Assembly (NCBI GenBank): GCA_013265495.1
Contig: MU061579.1
Span: 296,872 to 360,871, forward strand
Reading direction: 5' to 3'
Length of the DNA: 64,000 nt
DNA from: Vicugna vicugna
Lineage: Eukaryota
Shown here piece by piece: positions 11,683 to 25,222 of the stretch (the stretch's first letter is position 1; each line of letters begins with the position of its first letter). The notes beneath the pieces are model-generated. The model saw nothing but the letters and a program-made list of their open reading frames with translations, was not told the origin of the DNA and did no database searches. Made by a program: the position numbers and the translations under genes.

Positions 11683-13964
11683 AAAATAGTTTTAAGTATT
11701 AATGGAAATAACTATTAATGTATTGGCCAGATTTATTGAATTCCGTAGAACATGTAAATAAACCCAATGCAAATATAATTTCTCAGTATAAACAAAATAG
11801 GGTATAATCATTCATTCTCCTATTACAAAGCAGTGCCGAAGAGGTTAAAAAAACTAAAAAGCTAGTATACAAAGAAGAATAAAAAGCACTAGTAGTATGT
11901 ATGTAATCTGAGAGTTATTTTCAGTAACATTTTCAGAAAGGTATTTTATACAGTTTATTATATGTAAACTAGATTTATAGCCGTTTCTGCCTCCTATCTT
12001 GACCTTGACTTCTGAAATTTTAGCTCTGTTTTAGGATTCTGAAATTTTAGCTCTATATTCATGTTTTCTCTATCTTCCTTACAAGTTTAGAATAGACCTA
12101 TGCAATTATGTAATTTTTAACGAGCTAAGATACTGACCCTTAATGTATGATTGTAAAGAACTATTACATTTCATCTGAATTACGAACTTGGAATTACTAA
12201 CATTTTATGCTGAAAGTAGTATGAAGCATAACTCTCCCTTTCTCTATTTGATTGCCCTTCCTTTCACTAATAATCTGGACTTTTTATTTGTCAGTTGGTT
12301 GATTTGTTTGATATAAAAGATGAAGTGATAGCAATAATAGAATAAAAGCAAATGAGCCCTGAGAAAAAAACCACTCTGTTATCTAGATTTAGGTCACTTG
12401 ATGCAAAACTTCCTTGTCCTCTTATCTAATTCTCCTTTAATACAAAACCTTTGTAGCTCTACTTTTTTTTTTCCTCTTGAATATGCAAAAATAGAACCGA
12501 AGTGGACTTAGAGGTTTCCTTCCAAGTGGAAAGAATATGTAAGTATGATGGGCAGTGATGCCTTTGAGGTCCCTTAATGATGCTCTGTAAATAATCTGGC
12601 TGAATTAAAGAATCTTGAATTAGTGGTAAAATGCTTAATATTGGAGACAGCCACCTTCAGAGTCCCAGATAAATCTCTTAGGATCTCCCTACCTCAGGAG
12701 AGCTAAGGCAGGCTTCAGGGACTGGCAAAATGCCTTATAGATTTGTTTCTAAAAGATCTATATATGAGATGATTAGCTTAACACAGCAAGTGGAAAGTGG
12801 GTCATACTCACTTTTTTATGTTCAATTGAACCAATATTTATTAAACACCTTTTATATGTCAGATACTAATAGGTGCTTGGAATCCTAATATAGTTCAGTT
12901 TATTCAAATGCAAGAGATAACTATACCAAAAGAGACTTCCAATTTACTTTAAATTACACAATGTAAATACACATAGGGACTACGAAAGCACAGGACCTGG
13001 CTCCAGTCTTGCCTGAAAAATCAAGATTTTCAGAAAGATGGTGAGATAGAAGGAAAGAGGGTAGGGCAGGACAATACGGATGGGTAGCCTTTCAATTACT
13101 AGAGTTAACTCCTTTTGTCATTATCCTGGTTATTTCTGTGACTACCAATATTCAGTGAACACTTGGCATTTGTAAATTTATGTGTAAGTCCTGCTATTGA
13201 GAAGTGACCCTAAAATTTTTATGAAATACCTAATTCTCCTAAAATTAAAGTTGAACTGCTTTCTGTTGGGAGTAACTGAAAACTAAAGTGAAACCTGTTT
13301 AAATAATAAAGGGAAGTGATTTCAGACTATCATGCATTCTTTAGAATCTTTGTTTTTGTATTGCCTTGTTTAGCTCTGTGCTCTGAGTCCATTTTGTAGT
13401 ATCCTCTGGGGCTACCCTTTTTCATATGAACATTTCAGACTCAAATGGCTTTTCCTAGGGCAGTGAACTGATTTCCACTGCGCCAGTCTGCCCATTTGTA
13501 CAGCAAACCATCTAGAAGAAGAAGGAATTTGTCTTACTCCAACCATCAAGTATAAATCCTGGACATGAAGATGAGTGTTCCAAGTTGGGTTGACGTGTGA
13601 GCCCATCACTTTAGATGGAGAAATGCACACGGAGATTAGATTTAGTCTAGGTTAGCGTCATCCCTGAAACAATCACAGGGACAAATGGATGGGTTTATGC
13701 CATTGGTTTAGAAGACACATCAGCATTTGGCTCTAGAGCAAGACATGGAGTGAGATGCAGTCTGGGTAAATGAAGAGTAGTTGGGGAGAGTGGGTGCCTA
13801 AGAGTCTAGACATTGTCCCAGCATGAAACCTTCTCCTTATTATCTTCTGCTGATCTTGTGATCTTGTGTTCACCACCTGTCAGAATATATTTTCTAAACT
13901 TTTCTATGTGGAAACTAATATGCTGCTTTGGTACATATGAACTAGTTTTGGAAGGTCTTCAGGT

Positions 13965-14747
13965 GTATTAGTTCTGAATATCCATAAACTTCAATACTCA
14001 GATGTGTTTTTCGACACTACTAGGCAATTCTCCAGTTCTCCATGGACATTATGTCCTACAGTCTAATTTAATTGTGACATTATCTATCCAAAACATATCT
14101 TCAGATCCTACAGTTTAAGAGCACAGCCCAACAAGTTTGCCCCACCCCTACTCCCACCATTTCAGCCATCAGTCACAAGTTCATATTGTCACATATGCTT
14201 CTGACCAACTGGATATAAATCAGTTTCTTATAAACCCCTCCTGGGTACCATTAATTTGCTAGAGCAGTTCACAGAACTCAGAGTAGCATTCACTTACAGC
14301 CACCAGTTTATTATAAAGAATATTATAAAGAATATAGATGAATAGCAAGATAAAGAGGCACATAGGGAGAGAGCTGCAGAATTTGGATGCACCCTCCTTC
14401 CATCATGTGGACACATGCACCAATACAGAAGTTCATCAAGTCTCTTTGTTCAACAGTTTTCATAAAGCTTCATTTGTAGCCCCACCTCTCTCCTTCCCAG
14501 AGGTCAGGATGGGACTGAAAGTTTCAACCATCTAGTCACTTAATTTTTCTGGTGACCAGCTCCATCCTGAAGCTATCTAGGGGCCCCACCCTAGGTTACC
14601 TCTTTAGCATGAATTCAGGTGTTCTCAGAAAGAAATTAATTATAAATAACAAAAGATGTTCCCATCTCTTAGGGAATTCAAAGGATTTTAGTAGCTCTGT
14701 GCCAGGAAAAGGTGAAAAATACCTTCTCTATTATTCTTTATGCCACA
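13965..14747 (-). mobile_element. MER21-family LTR
   Basis: ttaatttgctagagcagttcacagaactcag...ggtgaccagctccatcctgaagctatctaggggcccc...agctctgtgccaggaa...tgccaca. Confidence 0.85.
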
Positions 14748-14811
14748 AATATTTAATTTTAGAAAATTGGCTTCTAAGATGAAAGTGGCATACATTCCAA
14801 GATTGACACCT

Positions 14812-15395
14812 TTATTAGGTTTTCAATTTGCTGCCACAATAAATTACCAAAAACTTAGTGGCTTAAAATAGCACATTATTTTTTTTTAACTTGTATTTGT
14901 AGGTTAGAAATAGAGCATGTGTGTAAGAAAGCTAAAATAAAGATGTCAGCAGGGCTGTGGTCCTTTTTGGAGGCTCTAAGGAAGACTCTATTTTCTGCTC
15001 ACTTGGTTTGTTAGCAGAATTTAGTTCCTTGTAGTTGTAGGACTGATGTCCCCATTTCCTTGCTGGCTGTGAACTAAGGGTTGTTCCCAATTTCTAGAGG
15101 CTGCCACATTCCTAGACTCATGCCTTCCTTTCTCTGTTTTCAAAGCCAGTAATAGAGGGTCAGATCTCACTCACTTTGAATCTTTCTGACCCTCCTCAGC
15201 CAGGAAAGATTCTCTACTTTTAGAGATTAATATGATATAATATGACTAGATTGGGTTTACCCAGATAATCCTGGATAATCTCCTAATCTAAAGGTTCCTA
15301 AACTTTATCAAATCTGCAAAGTCCCTTTTGCCGTATTCACAGATTTGTGAGATTAGGACATAGACATCTTTGGGGGCCATTATTCTGCCTACCTA
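14812..15395 (-). mobile_element. MLT1E/D-like MaLR LTR
   Basis: aaattaccaaaaacttagtggcttaaaa...aagatgtcagcagggctg...ggggccattattctgcctacc. Confidence 0.85.
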
Positions 15396-15499
15396 ATATA
15401 CTAATCTCCACATTATTTCCAGATTGACCTTAAAAGTATTGAAGTTCCTGTATCAGTCAGAGTTCTCTAGAGAAAAAAGCCAATGGGATGCATGTGTCA

Positions 15500-16015
15500 T
15501 GCTTGCTGGAGTGTCTTTTGTTTGCCTGGGGGCCTTTAGAGTCCAACAGTGATTTAGTGTGGGGACTGAGGGTTATGTGGTATCTCCTTCAAGTCCTGAG
15601 GGGCTAGAGTCTGAGATCAATCTTGTGGTCAGTCAACCATGCTTATGCAATGGAGCCTCAGTAAAAATCTGGACACCAAAGCCCAGGTGAACTTCCTTGA
15701 TCGGTGATACTCTGTGTCTATAGTCACACATTCTTAATGGGAAAGGAACGCCGTTCACGGCTCCACAGGGAGAGAGCTTGAAGTTTCATAGCTGGAACTT
15801 TCCTGGAGCAGCTATATGCATTTCCTCCCTTGGTGAGTATAAATTTGTATCCTTTAGCAGTAATACCCCATAACCATGGGTATCACAGCTCTCAGTGAAT
15901 TCTGAGTCATTCTAGCAAATTAGTGAGTCTCAACGTGGTCTTGGGAACACCCTAACTTGCAGTTGGTGTCAGAAGTGAGGGCAGTCTTGGGGACTGGGCT
16001 CCCTCTAACTTCGTA
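15500..16015 (+). mobile_element. MER77/MER21C-like ERVL LTR, preceded by a short MLT2-like end (15449-15497)
   Basis: gtaaaaatctggacaccaaagcccaggtgaacttcct...gaattctgagtcattctagcaaatt...cttgcagttggtgtcagaagtgagggcagtcttgggg. Confidence 0.75.
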
Positions 16016-16140
16016 GCTCTCCACTGATAACCTTTACATTTCTAAATCCAATATTTTACCATCTGGTTTCCATATCTAGTCCCAAACATGAGCCTTCTAT
16101 TTTAGGCAGAAGGCTTCAAAGTGATTCTGGCTTTTCTCTC

Positions 16141-16507
16141 TGGTGGTGTATGATTGCTGTAATGTCCCATGTTGTTCACACTTCTTTTCATCCACCTTGG
16201 GGAGCCCCTTCCCATAGTGACTTAGGGTTTACCATGTTATTTGATTTGACTGATGGACAACAGACAATATGATACAAGCAGAGACTTAAAAAGGACTAGT
16301 ATTTCAGGATTTGCCCTCTTGCTAAAACTCTGTGCTGCCACTTGAGTAAGCCTGGACTAGCCAGCTGAATAATGAGGCATGTGGTGACCCTGTTGCTCCT
16401 GTGGCCCCAACTGACAGCCTGCCAACCAGCAGACCCTTAACTGAGCGCACTATAGAGCATACCTGCCGGCTGAACACAGGTGCATATGTAAATCCAGCTG
16501 ACATCAT
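16141..16507 (+). mobile_element. Old MLT1 (G/H/I-type) LTR fragment
   Basis: tttgactgatggacaacagacaatatgatacaagcagagacttaaaaag...aagcctggactagccagctg...ccaactgacagcctgccaaccagcaga. Confidence 0.6.
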
Positions 16508-17153
16508 TGCTCAAATTTCAAGAAGGGACTGGAATTAATTGGTACTGATAAATGAACACATGACTTAGGATGGGAAAGGAGTATAAGGGAGGTGGTCCAT
16601 ATCTGGGTCATGTTGATACCAATGGGTTTATGCAGGGAACTGGGAAGGAAGTAGCTAACCTCAGTCCCACTGAATGGACAGAACTTGTGTTGACTGGAAG
16701 ATATATGGGTCTAGAATAAAAGGAATACTGGATAAATGAGTTACTCTTCCATTATAGTTGCTCATACATTTGGAGTTGGATTTGTCATTTGTAGTGTCCA
16801 CTATAGTGCAACATTATCTCAAGCAGACATACATAAAAGTAGGTTATTTAAAGAGGTCTAGTCATATTTCAATTAGATTCACAGTCTGATCTACAGATGT
16901 TTATTGTGGCTCCTCTAAATAGGGACCATGTTGGCAACCCTTCAGAGGACAATAGAAGAGCAGTGCTTTCTTGCTAATGGACTATCGCAGCAGTGAATAC
17001 ATTAGGCATAGTAAGGTAGACATAGAACGTGAATGGTTAGATGGGTTTTATCTAGTGCAATCTGCAATATATTTTGAGTTGTGCTTAAAATTATAATGCA
17101 AGCCCTTGAAGAACTTAAATATTCAAGACTACTGCATGAGATCACAGCTTCCC

Positions 17154-17512
17154 TGTTATGGACTGAACTGTGTCTTTTCCACATTCACATACTGAAGCTC
17201 TCACCCCAGTCTGACTATATTTGAAGATAGTGCCTTTAGGGAGGTAATTAAGGTTAAATGAGGTTATAAGGGTGGAACTCTAACCAAATAGGACTGGTAT
17301 CCTAAAAAAAAAAAAAAGCAGAAAGAGACCCTAGAGGGAAGGCCATAGGAAGACACAGCAAGAAGGAAGACCATCTACAGTCCAAGGAGAGAGGTCTCAC
17401 CAGACACCAACTTTGCCATTTGGACTTCTAGACTCCAGAACTGTGAGAGAATTGATTTCTATTGTTTAAGCCACCCAGTCTTTGGTACTGTGTTATGGCA
17501 GCCTGTAATACA
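17154..17512 (+). mobile_element. MLT1A-type MaLR solo LTR
   Basis: tgttatggactgaac...ggaggtaattaaggttaaatgagg...ccagaactgtgagaga...gtttaagccacccagtc...taataca. Confidence 0.9.
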
Positions 17513-17959
17513 CTCTTCAATCAAAATGGATTTTTCCAGTTGCCTCATCATGGGCTCCGGCTTTTTACCCGTTCCATTTTACTTTGTTGTTGTTAGGAAC
17601 TGCATGATGGTTGTCTTCCTGGAACCTAATTAGAGTCTGTAAATCATTTTAATTAGATCTTTTAATGAAATATTGAGCAATGGAAAATTCATTATGGCCA
17701 AACTCTATAAAAATGATAATTAGGAGTTTACTAATCCTTCAGTAATATTTATGCTTGTACTATGTGCTTAAAATAGACTAAATGATAAATATTTTTAAAC
17801 TCCACGTACATTCTGAACATTTGTGTCTGTATTTAGAAAAATTGACAGGAAATTGAAGAGAAGATAGACTTCAGTGTAAGGTATATTAGGTCTGCACGGG
17901 TTTACTTGGCATGCACTTGAAAATTAACATTATTGCAAAGTAGAAAAGCAGTGGGACCC

Positions 17960-18120
17960 TAAGGTAAACTATGAACTTGGAGTGTAGGTTAATCAATTGT
18001 AACAAATGTATCACTCTGGAGAGGGACAGGCTATTCATCTGTGGGAACAGGAGGTATATAGGAAATCTTTGTACTTTCCTGTTATTTTCCTGTGAATCTA
18101 AAACTGCTCTAAAAATTTTA
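17960..18120 (+). mobile_element. L1MC 3' end fragment
   Basis: gtaaactatgaactt...caattgtaacaaatgtatcactctgg...tgtgaatctaaaactgctctaaaaat. Confidence 0.75.
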
Positions 18121-18899
18121 TATGTGTGTATATATGTATGTAATTTCACAAATCTCAGAAAAAAGTAGCTAACAGTCTCATAATGATAATAGCATACATT
18201 GATAATATTAAATTTTCATGGATCAAAATTAAAGGTGCCACAAGCCCTGGGCAGTGAAGGGAAGAGCAACAGGTGGTATAGTTATTACCATACAAGTAAG
18301 TGGATGAGCAATTATTATCCTAAAGCTGCAAAGTGGAAACGTTTTGCCATTGTATTTGTTTTGAAATGTTATATTAAGCACCAATGAAATGATAACTTCT
18401 GTTCTCAAAAATGTAATTTCTAAGATGTCTGACTACATCTTAGTGGGAAAGTCGGTGGAATGGGTTAAAAATGATTTCCTGTTCGGAGTAGTTAGAAATG
18501 TTACAAATTAATGAGAATGGTGCATTATTTGAATGAAGGACATAGAAATATTAGGAGACAAAGGAATAGATTACTCATGAATCTCTGTGGTAAAAAGGCC
18601 TCTAAGAGGAGAAGGAATCTGTGACCTAGTCAATGTATCAGGACAACAAATGAGATAAGGGAAACGTATATTGAAAGAAACTCTCTCTTCCAAAGAGAGA
18701 AACCAATGAGCTGCGAAGTTATAGCTGCTAGAAGAGGAAGTGTAAAACTCTGCCTCAGGTTCTGGCTGACTGGGTAATAGGAATTGAGTAGAAATCTGAC
18801 ATAAAACCACACAACCATTTTCAACCCAAGGGCCTTTAACCCCTTGATGAGGAAAGCTTACCATATCTGGAGCCAGTGTTTCCTGTCTAGAGTAAATTA

Positions 18900-19105
18900 T
18901 TCTCATCTTCACCTTTACAGCATTCTGTGTATAAATTCTCACAGCTTCTACCACATTGCATTGAAATATTTTTTTAAATGCCTGTCTTTCACATAATGTC
19001 AAATTCCTCCAAACACCAGTGAGGAAGATTTATGTCATTGTCCCTCCAGCACCTGGCATGTGATCCAGTGTTGGATAGGTGCCCAGTCAGTGTTTAGAGA
19101 AGTAA
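18900..19105 (+). mobile_element. L2 3' fragment
   Basis: tgtccctccagcacctggcatgtgatccagtg...ataggtgcccagtcagtgttt. Confidence 0.55.
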
Positions 19106-20629
19106 ACGGTAAATTCATCCTGTAATTAACTAAACAACTATCCCCCACCCACTTGGACATGGTATAGAGAAGAGGTATTTTTATGGAATTTCTAAGACAT
19201 TAGATTTAAATAATATAAACACTTAAATCCAACAGGATGCTAGAGACACACAGGAAATCTGCTTTTTCTTTTTTAAAATATTTTTAGCTATGATTTTTTA
19301 TACCTTTGTACTTATTAATTTATTAAACTAAATTTTTGATCTTTGAATGAACTTCTGCACTATCAGTTGATTTAGTTATTGGATTTTTATATGCATGCTT
19401 GTCTATAAACAAATACAAATCTCTCCTTGTAGTCTGGGTTTCCAGCTTTTTCTATAATGTTAATATGTTAAGTGAATCATCCACTAACTGAAGTACTTAA
19501 ATGTCAGGATCAAGTACTTCAGTGACATTAATCAAAAATTAAGGAAGAAACCTCAGATTGTGTAATTTGTTTTGCTCCCAATTTGCTCTGAGATGCAAAC
19601 AAACCCACTTATTTTTCATAATCTAAATTATAAGTGAATGGAAAAATGCATACTATGACTATAGCTAAAAATTAAGAAGAAATGTGTTGGTGTGTAAAAC
19701 TGGATAGACTATAATTAGAGAAAAGGCTTCGCTCTGAAACAGCACATGCCATAGAATGTTTTAAAATGTTTCTATTGCTGTTGGAGACTTTTAAAGGACA
19801 CTTAAAGAAGTTGAAAATATTTTATTGCCAAAACAACACTGCTATGATTCTTCTTTGGACTAAAGAGAAATTGTTGGATGAGCCAAGTATGCACTGGCTG
19901 GATCCTCACAGTTTCAGGAAAATTTTTAAGAGAAAGAGAACACACACACACACTTACATTCACACTCAGAGATACATATTGAAGACCTTTACATTTGAAT
20001 ATTTTCTTTTGTGTTATGGAATTTTTTTCCCTGGATAGGAAAAAATAAATCTATTTTAAGGAGAAGGGCTGATTTCAATTAATTAATTTTCACTATACTA
20101 CTTTTCTAGGAGCCTGGCACACAGAAGAATTCATTAGATGGATTTGAAAAAAACATCAAATCATATGCTTGGAAAAAGATATAGATATATGTTCCTTCAT
20201 CCATCACCTAACAGAAAAGCTCTAGATGAGAGTAGGCAGCTCCATTCAGGCTCTGTTAAAACAACTCATTACTTCTTAAGCCAGCCCTCTTCAATTTATG
20301 AAATGTTCTAGGTTTTTATTAGAATGGTGAAACCTGTTTTTTCTTTTCATTTCTTTTTATTCTTTAAATATTTGCTTGCTTACATAATGTTATTTCTTTT
20401 ACTGGGAATTATTTCAAATATTTATTTTTAAATTTCCAATAAATGTTTTAAAGATAAAAATACTCATACTATACAGCAAGTACTCTAATATTAATTGTTT
20501 CAGATTGTATATGTATAGGTATTAATTGAAACAAAACCTGCAGATACAGGAGGAAAAGGCCAGCTGGGTACCCTTTCATCCTGTTATTACCTCATTTTCT
20601 TTCTCCTCTTAATGAATCATATCCCACAT

Positions 20630-20730
20630 TGGTTGTTCATTCTTCCATCTGTCATAATTTATTTATTCAAATATTTGCCAAATGCCTGTTATAAGCCAAG
20701 CATTCTCTTAGACACTGCACAGAGAGCAGA
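20630..20730 (-). mobile_element. L2 3' fragment
   Basis: atttattcaaatatttgccaaatgcctgttataagccaagcattctcttagacactg. Confidence 0.55.
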
Positions 20731-20799
20731 GTACAGAATTTATAAAATTTATAAAAATTACATGAATGTGTGTAATCATAAAAATGTATGTATTGTTTT

Positions 20800-22340
20800 C
20801 ATGGTTTTAAAGTCTTTTAAGTGATAACAGAAACATATATATACTATCATTTTTTAAGCAACTTTTAAAATTATTGCTAAATTTGAAGTTTTTGAGATAA
20901 CCATGTTTAAACATGTAACTGTAGGTAATTCATGTAACAAGCTACACAGAATTCTTATGGAAGAACAGATCACATACATACCCTATTGATAAAATATACT
21001 AAACGTGTTCATAAGTTGTGTATCCTTGTTTTTTTTTCTGTTGATGAATTGTTTCTTTTGTTATGAAAGCCACGCTTCAGTGGACATTCTTAAACATACC
21101 CTAACAGACATGTAACCCTTAGTTTGCTAGAACATGTATCTCAGAGAGGAATTGTTGGCTCAAAGAGTATATATACCTTCCATATTAGCTAATATTGATC
21201 AAAAGCTCATCACAAGGTTTATGCCAGATACCAGTATATGAGGGCTCTTGTTCTAACACATCTTTGCCATCAATCATTATTGTCAAAGTTTTTTCATTTT
21301 TTATCTTTGGTAATATAAAATCCTGTCTTATTCTAATTTTGAATTTGCTTTCTTGATTACAAGGGAACTGAGCACTTCTCAAATGTTTATTGGTATATTA
21401 TTTATGATTGGACATCCTTTTGCTTATTTTGATAATTACACTTTGTTATTAGTATTTAGGAGTTAGAAACATTGCATACCATTAGTTGGTTAAATTTTAC
21501 TTTGTTTTCTGTATCTTCTGTGGAATACAATTTTATTTTATTTTATTTTATTTATTTATTTTAATGAGGTCAAATTAATTTCTTTTTGCTTTGTGCTCCG
21601 AGTGCCTTGTTAAACCAAGACCATACATATATTATCTAATATTTTATTCTTGGTATTTAAATATTTTGCTTTTCTTGATTAAATAATTTATCTGCCAGCC
21701 TGACCGCTTAATTTTGTCGACAATAAGAAACAAGAAATTAATTCCTTCTCATTGTATGCATAGATAATCCCTGACCTAGTGCCACTTACTGAATAGTTAC
21801 CACTTCTTGAATTTCATTCTATATATACAATACATCAAATTTCAATGCAAGCATAGATTACTTATAATTACTCTATATTATTATTTCCATTTGTTTATGC
21901 ATCTATCCTACAGTGTATTGCAAGTTCTCTTTTTAATCCAAGTAGATGATTCATACATTATTTTGCACTTTCTGCGTGTCTAATCCTGTTTGAAATCTGT
22001 TTTTGGGATTTTCTTAACATGTTTGTTTGGCTATTCAGGGCAATTTTGGACATAGACAGTAATATAGGATGTATTAACACATTTTAAATACTGAACCATC
22101 TTACAATCCTGGGTTAAAATCCATAGAAGCAAGACATATTTTTAAGTTAATTATTTGACAGGTGAGAATGAGAACATCCTTCTCTTTTTAAATATTCTTA
22201 TCCAGTTCTTCTGTTGAGTGAGCCTAGATGATAAATTAGATAATATTCTTACCTTTCCTATCTGTGAAACATTTTACAGGATACAAATTATCAATACAAG
22301 CTACCTGATCTAGTAATTTTTGCCATTTTGGGATCAAAAC
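20800..22340 (-). mobile_element. Highly diverged L1ME
   Basis: gagaggaattgttggctcaaagagtat...ttgaatttgctttcttgattacaagggaactgagcac...atactgaaccatcttacaatcctggg. Confidence 0.6.
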
Positions 22341-22419
22341 TTTTAGGAAACTGCTGTTTCTCATTCCAGTATTGTGTTACTGTGGTTGTTCATGATATGT
22401 AAGTGCTAAGGATTCTTAG

Positions 22420-23000
22420 AAATTCATTTACTCATTCAGCAAATATTATGAAAGATAGATGGATAGGTGAATATATATAACCACTCCTGAAGCATTTTAG
22501 ATGCTCAATATTTGTTGGGAAAAAAATAAATAAAAACCAAATAATGAGACAATGTGACTGGAGAGATAAGCAGAGAAAAAAGAGGACTGTTCATTTCAAA
22601 TAGAGTTCATAGTTCTTCTCGTAGAAAATGAATTTTGTGGTCAATGGACTTGAAGGTTAACAATTCAGATGCTATTGTTATCATCTTGGTGAGAATTTGG
22701 TCTCCTAAACTAGGTCCATAAACTAGTCTGGAGAGAGAATAGAAGCATATGCTCTCATCTGTATCCACACACGAAGAGATAATACATACAGATAGGAATT
22801 CAAACAGCTGAACTTACTTCGTGATTGAATTTAGGGAATGGGAGAGAAAAAGGAATCAGGAATGTGTGCCAGGTTTCTGTGTGGGGTGACTGAGTGAATG
22901 ACAGTAATGCTACCAAGTGGGGAAATATTGAAGTATGAGCGGGATGCAGGCAGGATGAATTCTGTTTGGGACATAGTAATTTTGAGATAGATTACCCTGA
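22420..23000 (-). mobile_element. L2 fragments
   Basis: attcatttactcattcagcaaatatt; ggaatcaggaatgtgtgccaggtttctg...gaattctgtttgggacat. Confidence 0.6.
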
Positions 23001-23795
23001 CTAACCTTATCCCACACAGAAGTCTCAAATGAGAGAAGCAACTTAGATATTAATATAGTCTAAGTATGTAAAATATAGTTTCACTATGTTCAGCAGAAAA
23101 AGGAACTATGTAAATCAAAAGTAATGAAAGTTACTTTCTTTTTACTTGGGAAAAGTGAAATAGAGAGGTGTATTGGAGGTGTATTGCATCATTAAATTAA
23201 GCTAGAACCTGTGTATCAGGATAGTGAATGTTGGTCCCAGGACCCTGAGATGCTATGAATCTGTGTTTTAAGCCTACATATTTTGAATATAGTATGCTCC
23301 ATAAAGTCTTGATTAATTATTTTCTCATAAAGTCCAGTTAAAGAGAACACCATAATAGTATTCTCTATGGCCACTACTGAGTATGGGAAAAGCACCACAC
23401 TTCGATGAGACACTATCAGCCTATACTGAGGGTATAAAACATGAAAAATTATTATGAAACGCATCATCTTGTCTACTGTAAGGAAACTACTGTAAGAAAT
23501 ACATGAGGTCATTCTTATTAGTCACCTCCAAGAAAAGTGTCTAATCTTTAGAAATAATACTCACATTTATTTAACAAATACAGAATCCCAGAATAATGCT
23601 AAATTGTTTGCAAAAATTCTCTCACAGGATGGATAATATTAGTATATCCACTTAAAGTTAATGAGACCTAAAACTTAGAAACAATTCTCTGAGGAGCCAC
23701 TCGGAATCCCATAATTGGTATGAACATTATTTTTAAATGAAAATATTTGAGATTCAACAGATGCAGAAAGTAGCCTTCTCAGAGCTTCTTTTATA

Positions 23796-24239
23796 TGATT
23801 AGAAGCAACAACTTCTCAAAATGAGGCTGCCATAAATTTCCTCTGCAGGCTGGCTTTACTCCCAAGAGAAAGAACCAGAATAAATCTATCGTAAATCCCT
23901 TCTCCAGGGCGTTGTGTGGACCTGAAGAATATGGAAGGATCACTTGTGCACATATAGGCAAATATCATCATAAACTTTCTTTGTCTCCCATTTATTCTCC
24001 TAAAAACCCACTCATCTTTCCTAAGAAGCCTTTTCTCTCCTCTCCTTTTCCTCTGCTAAAATAGGCATATAAACCTCTAACTTTAACCAGTTAGCAGGAC
24101 AGCTACTTCTTTTGTTGGTTTCCATATACATATGTATTAACCTTTTTGGCCTGTTTTCTATCTGTTGTCAGTTTAATTTGCAGGCTCCAGTTGCTAAGCT
24201 AAGAGGGGAGAGGAAAAGATTTTTTTTTTCTCCTCCACA
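23796..24239 (+). mobile_element. MER34/MER39-like ERV1 LTR, inserted in a minus-strand MIR
   Basis: 3' end tctgttgtcagtttaatttgcaggctccag...aagaggggagaggaaaagatttttttttctcctccaca; MIR-like sequence at about 23600-23690 and 24240-24330. Confidence 0.75.
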
Positions 24240-24904
24240 GTCTCAATATACAAAATTAGCGATTGGTGGGGCTCAGACTTAAAACCCAGTTATAGGGTTC
24301 TAGAGTCTGTGCCTTTGAATAGCCACATTCCTCTGTTTATTGTTCTTTTGTGATTACTCTTTTGTTTGTTTAGTTATCTTCTTTAGTTTTTAAATTTTAA
24401 ATCTTAATGCTCCATGAGCAGTGTCATAGACTATCTCATTGGTTACTACAGTGTTTTAAAGAAACCTGTAATCTGCCCTAATAAAATACATAGGTCAGCA
24501 ATCACAGTGTCAGATTTCTACCAGCTTAGTATCTCAATAATCTGTTTCCTTATTAGCAAAGCAAAACTAAAAGATCATACTTCACAGCAGCTACGCAAGA
24601 TTGTTCGTCTACTCTGACAATACAAGAATTTGCTGTTCATGGTATAAAGCCAGGCAACTTTCAACTAGACTAAAGATAGAATTTTATGTGATAAAATACC
24701 AGTGGGTTTAAAAGTTTGTTGTTGGAATAAATAGCAGTTCAAGGTATACAGGTAAAAGACATTGCTATGGGAAGCTGACAAGTAAAAGGAAGAGTGAATC
24801 TGGCCGTATATATTTGCTTAAGAATATATTTTGTCAGTGGTAGAGAATAAATAACACTAGCAAGGAGAGAAGGGCTGTGCTGCTGGGGTTTAACACACAC
24901 ATTT

Positions 24905-25058
24905 CTTTTTTTTTTTAACTTTCATTAATTTTTTTTTTCTTTTTCCAGAGGGAGGTAATTAGATTTATTTATTTATTTGTAATAGCAGTACTGGGGATTG
25001 GACTCTGGACCCTGTGCATGGTAAGCACGTGCTTTACCACTGAGCTATACCTTCCCCC
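24905..25058 (-). mobile_element. Vic-1-type camelid tRNA-derived SINE
   Basis: Minus strand GGGGGAAGGTATAGCTCAGTGGTAAAGCACGTGCTTACCATGCACAGGGTCCAGAGTCCAATCCCCAGTACT...AATAAATAAATCTAATTACCTCCC + A-rich tail; A box and degenerate B box; degenerate TSD aacacacacattt/aacgcatacattt. Confidence 0.9.
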
Positions 25059-25222
25059 AACGCATACATTTTTAAGCCTCAATTCTGGCCCTATGTTTGT
25101 TTATATTTGCTTATTTCCACTTGCAACTTTTGTTATTTTATTATATTTTATATTTTCCTACAAGTGGCCTTAAATATTTCCTAAAACTGGGTTGAAAAGT
25201 AAAACTAATAAAATAAGCAATA

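Noticed and set aside
18571..19002. Longest ORF (143 aa, minus strand)
   Set aside because: Starts inside an L2 remnant, no recognisable domain, no convincing exon boundaries; likely chance
24980..25058. tRNA gene
   Set aside because: It is the SINE head: degenerate B box, SINE tail and TSD
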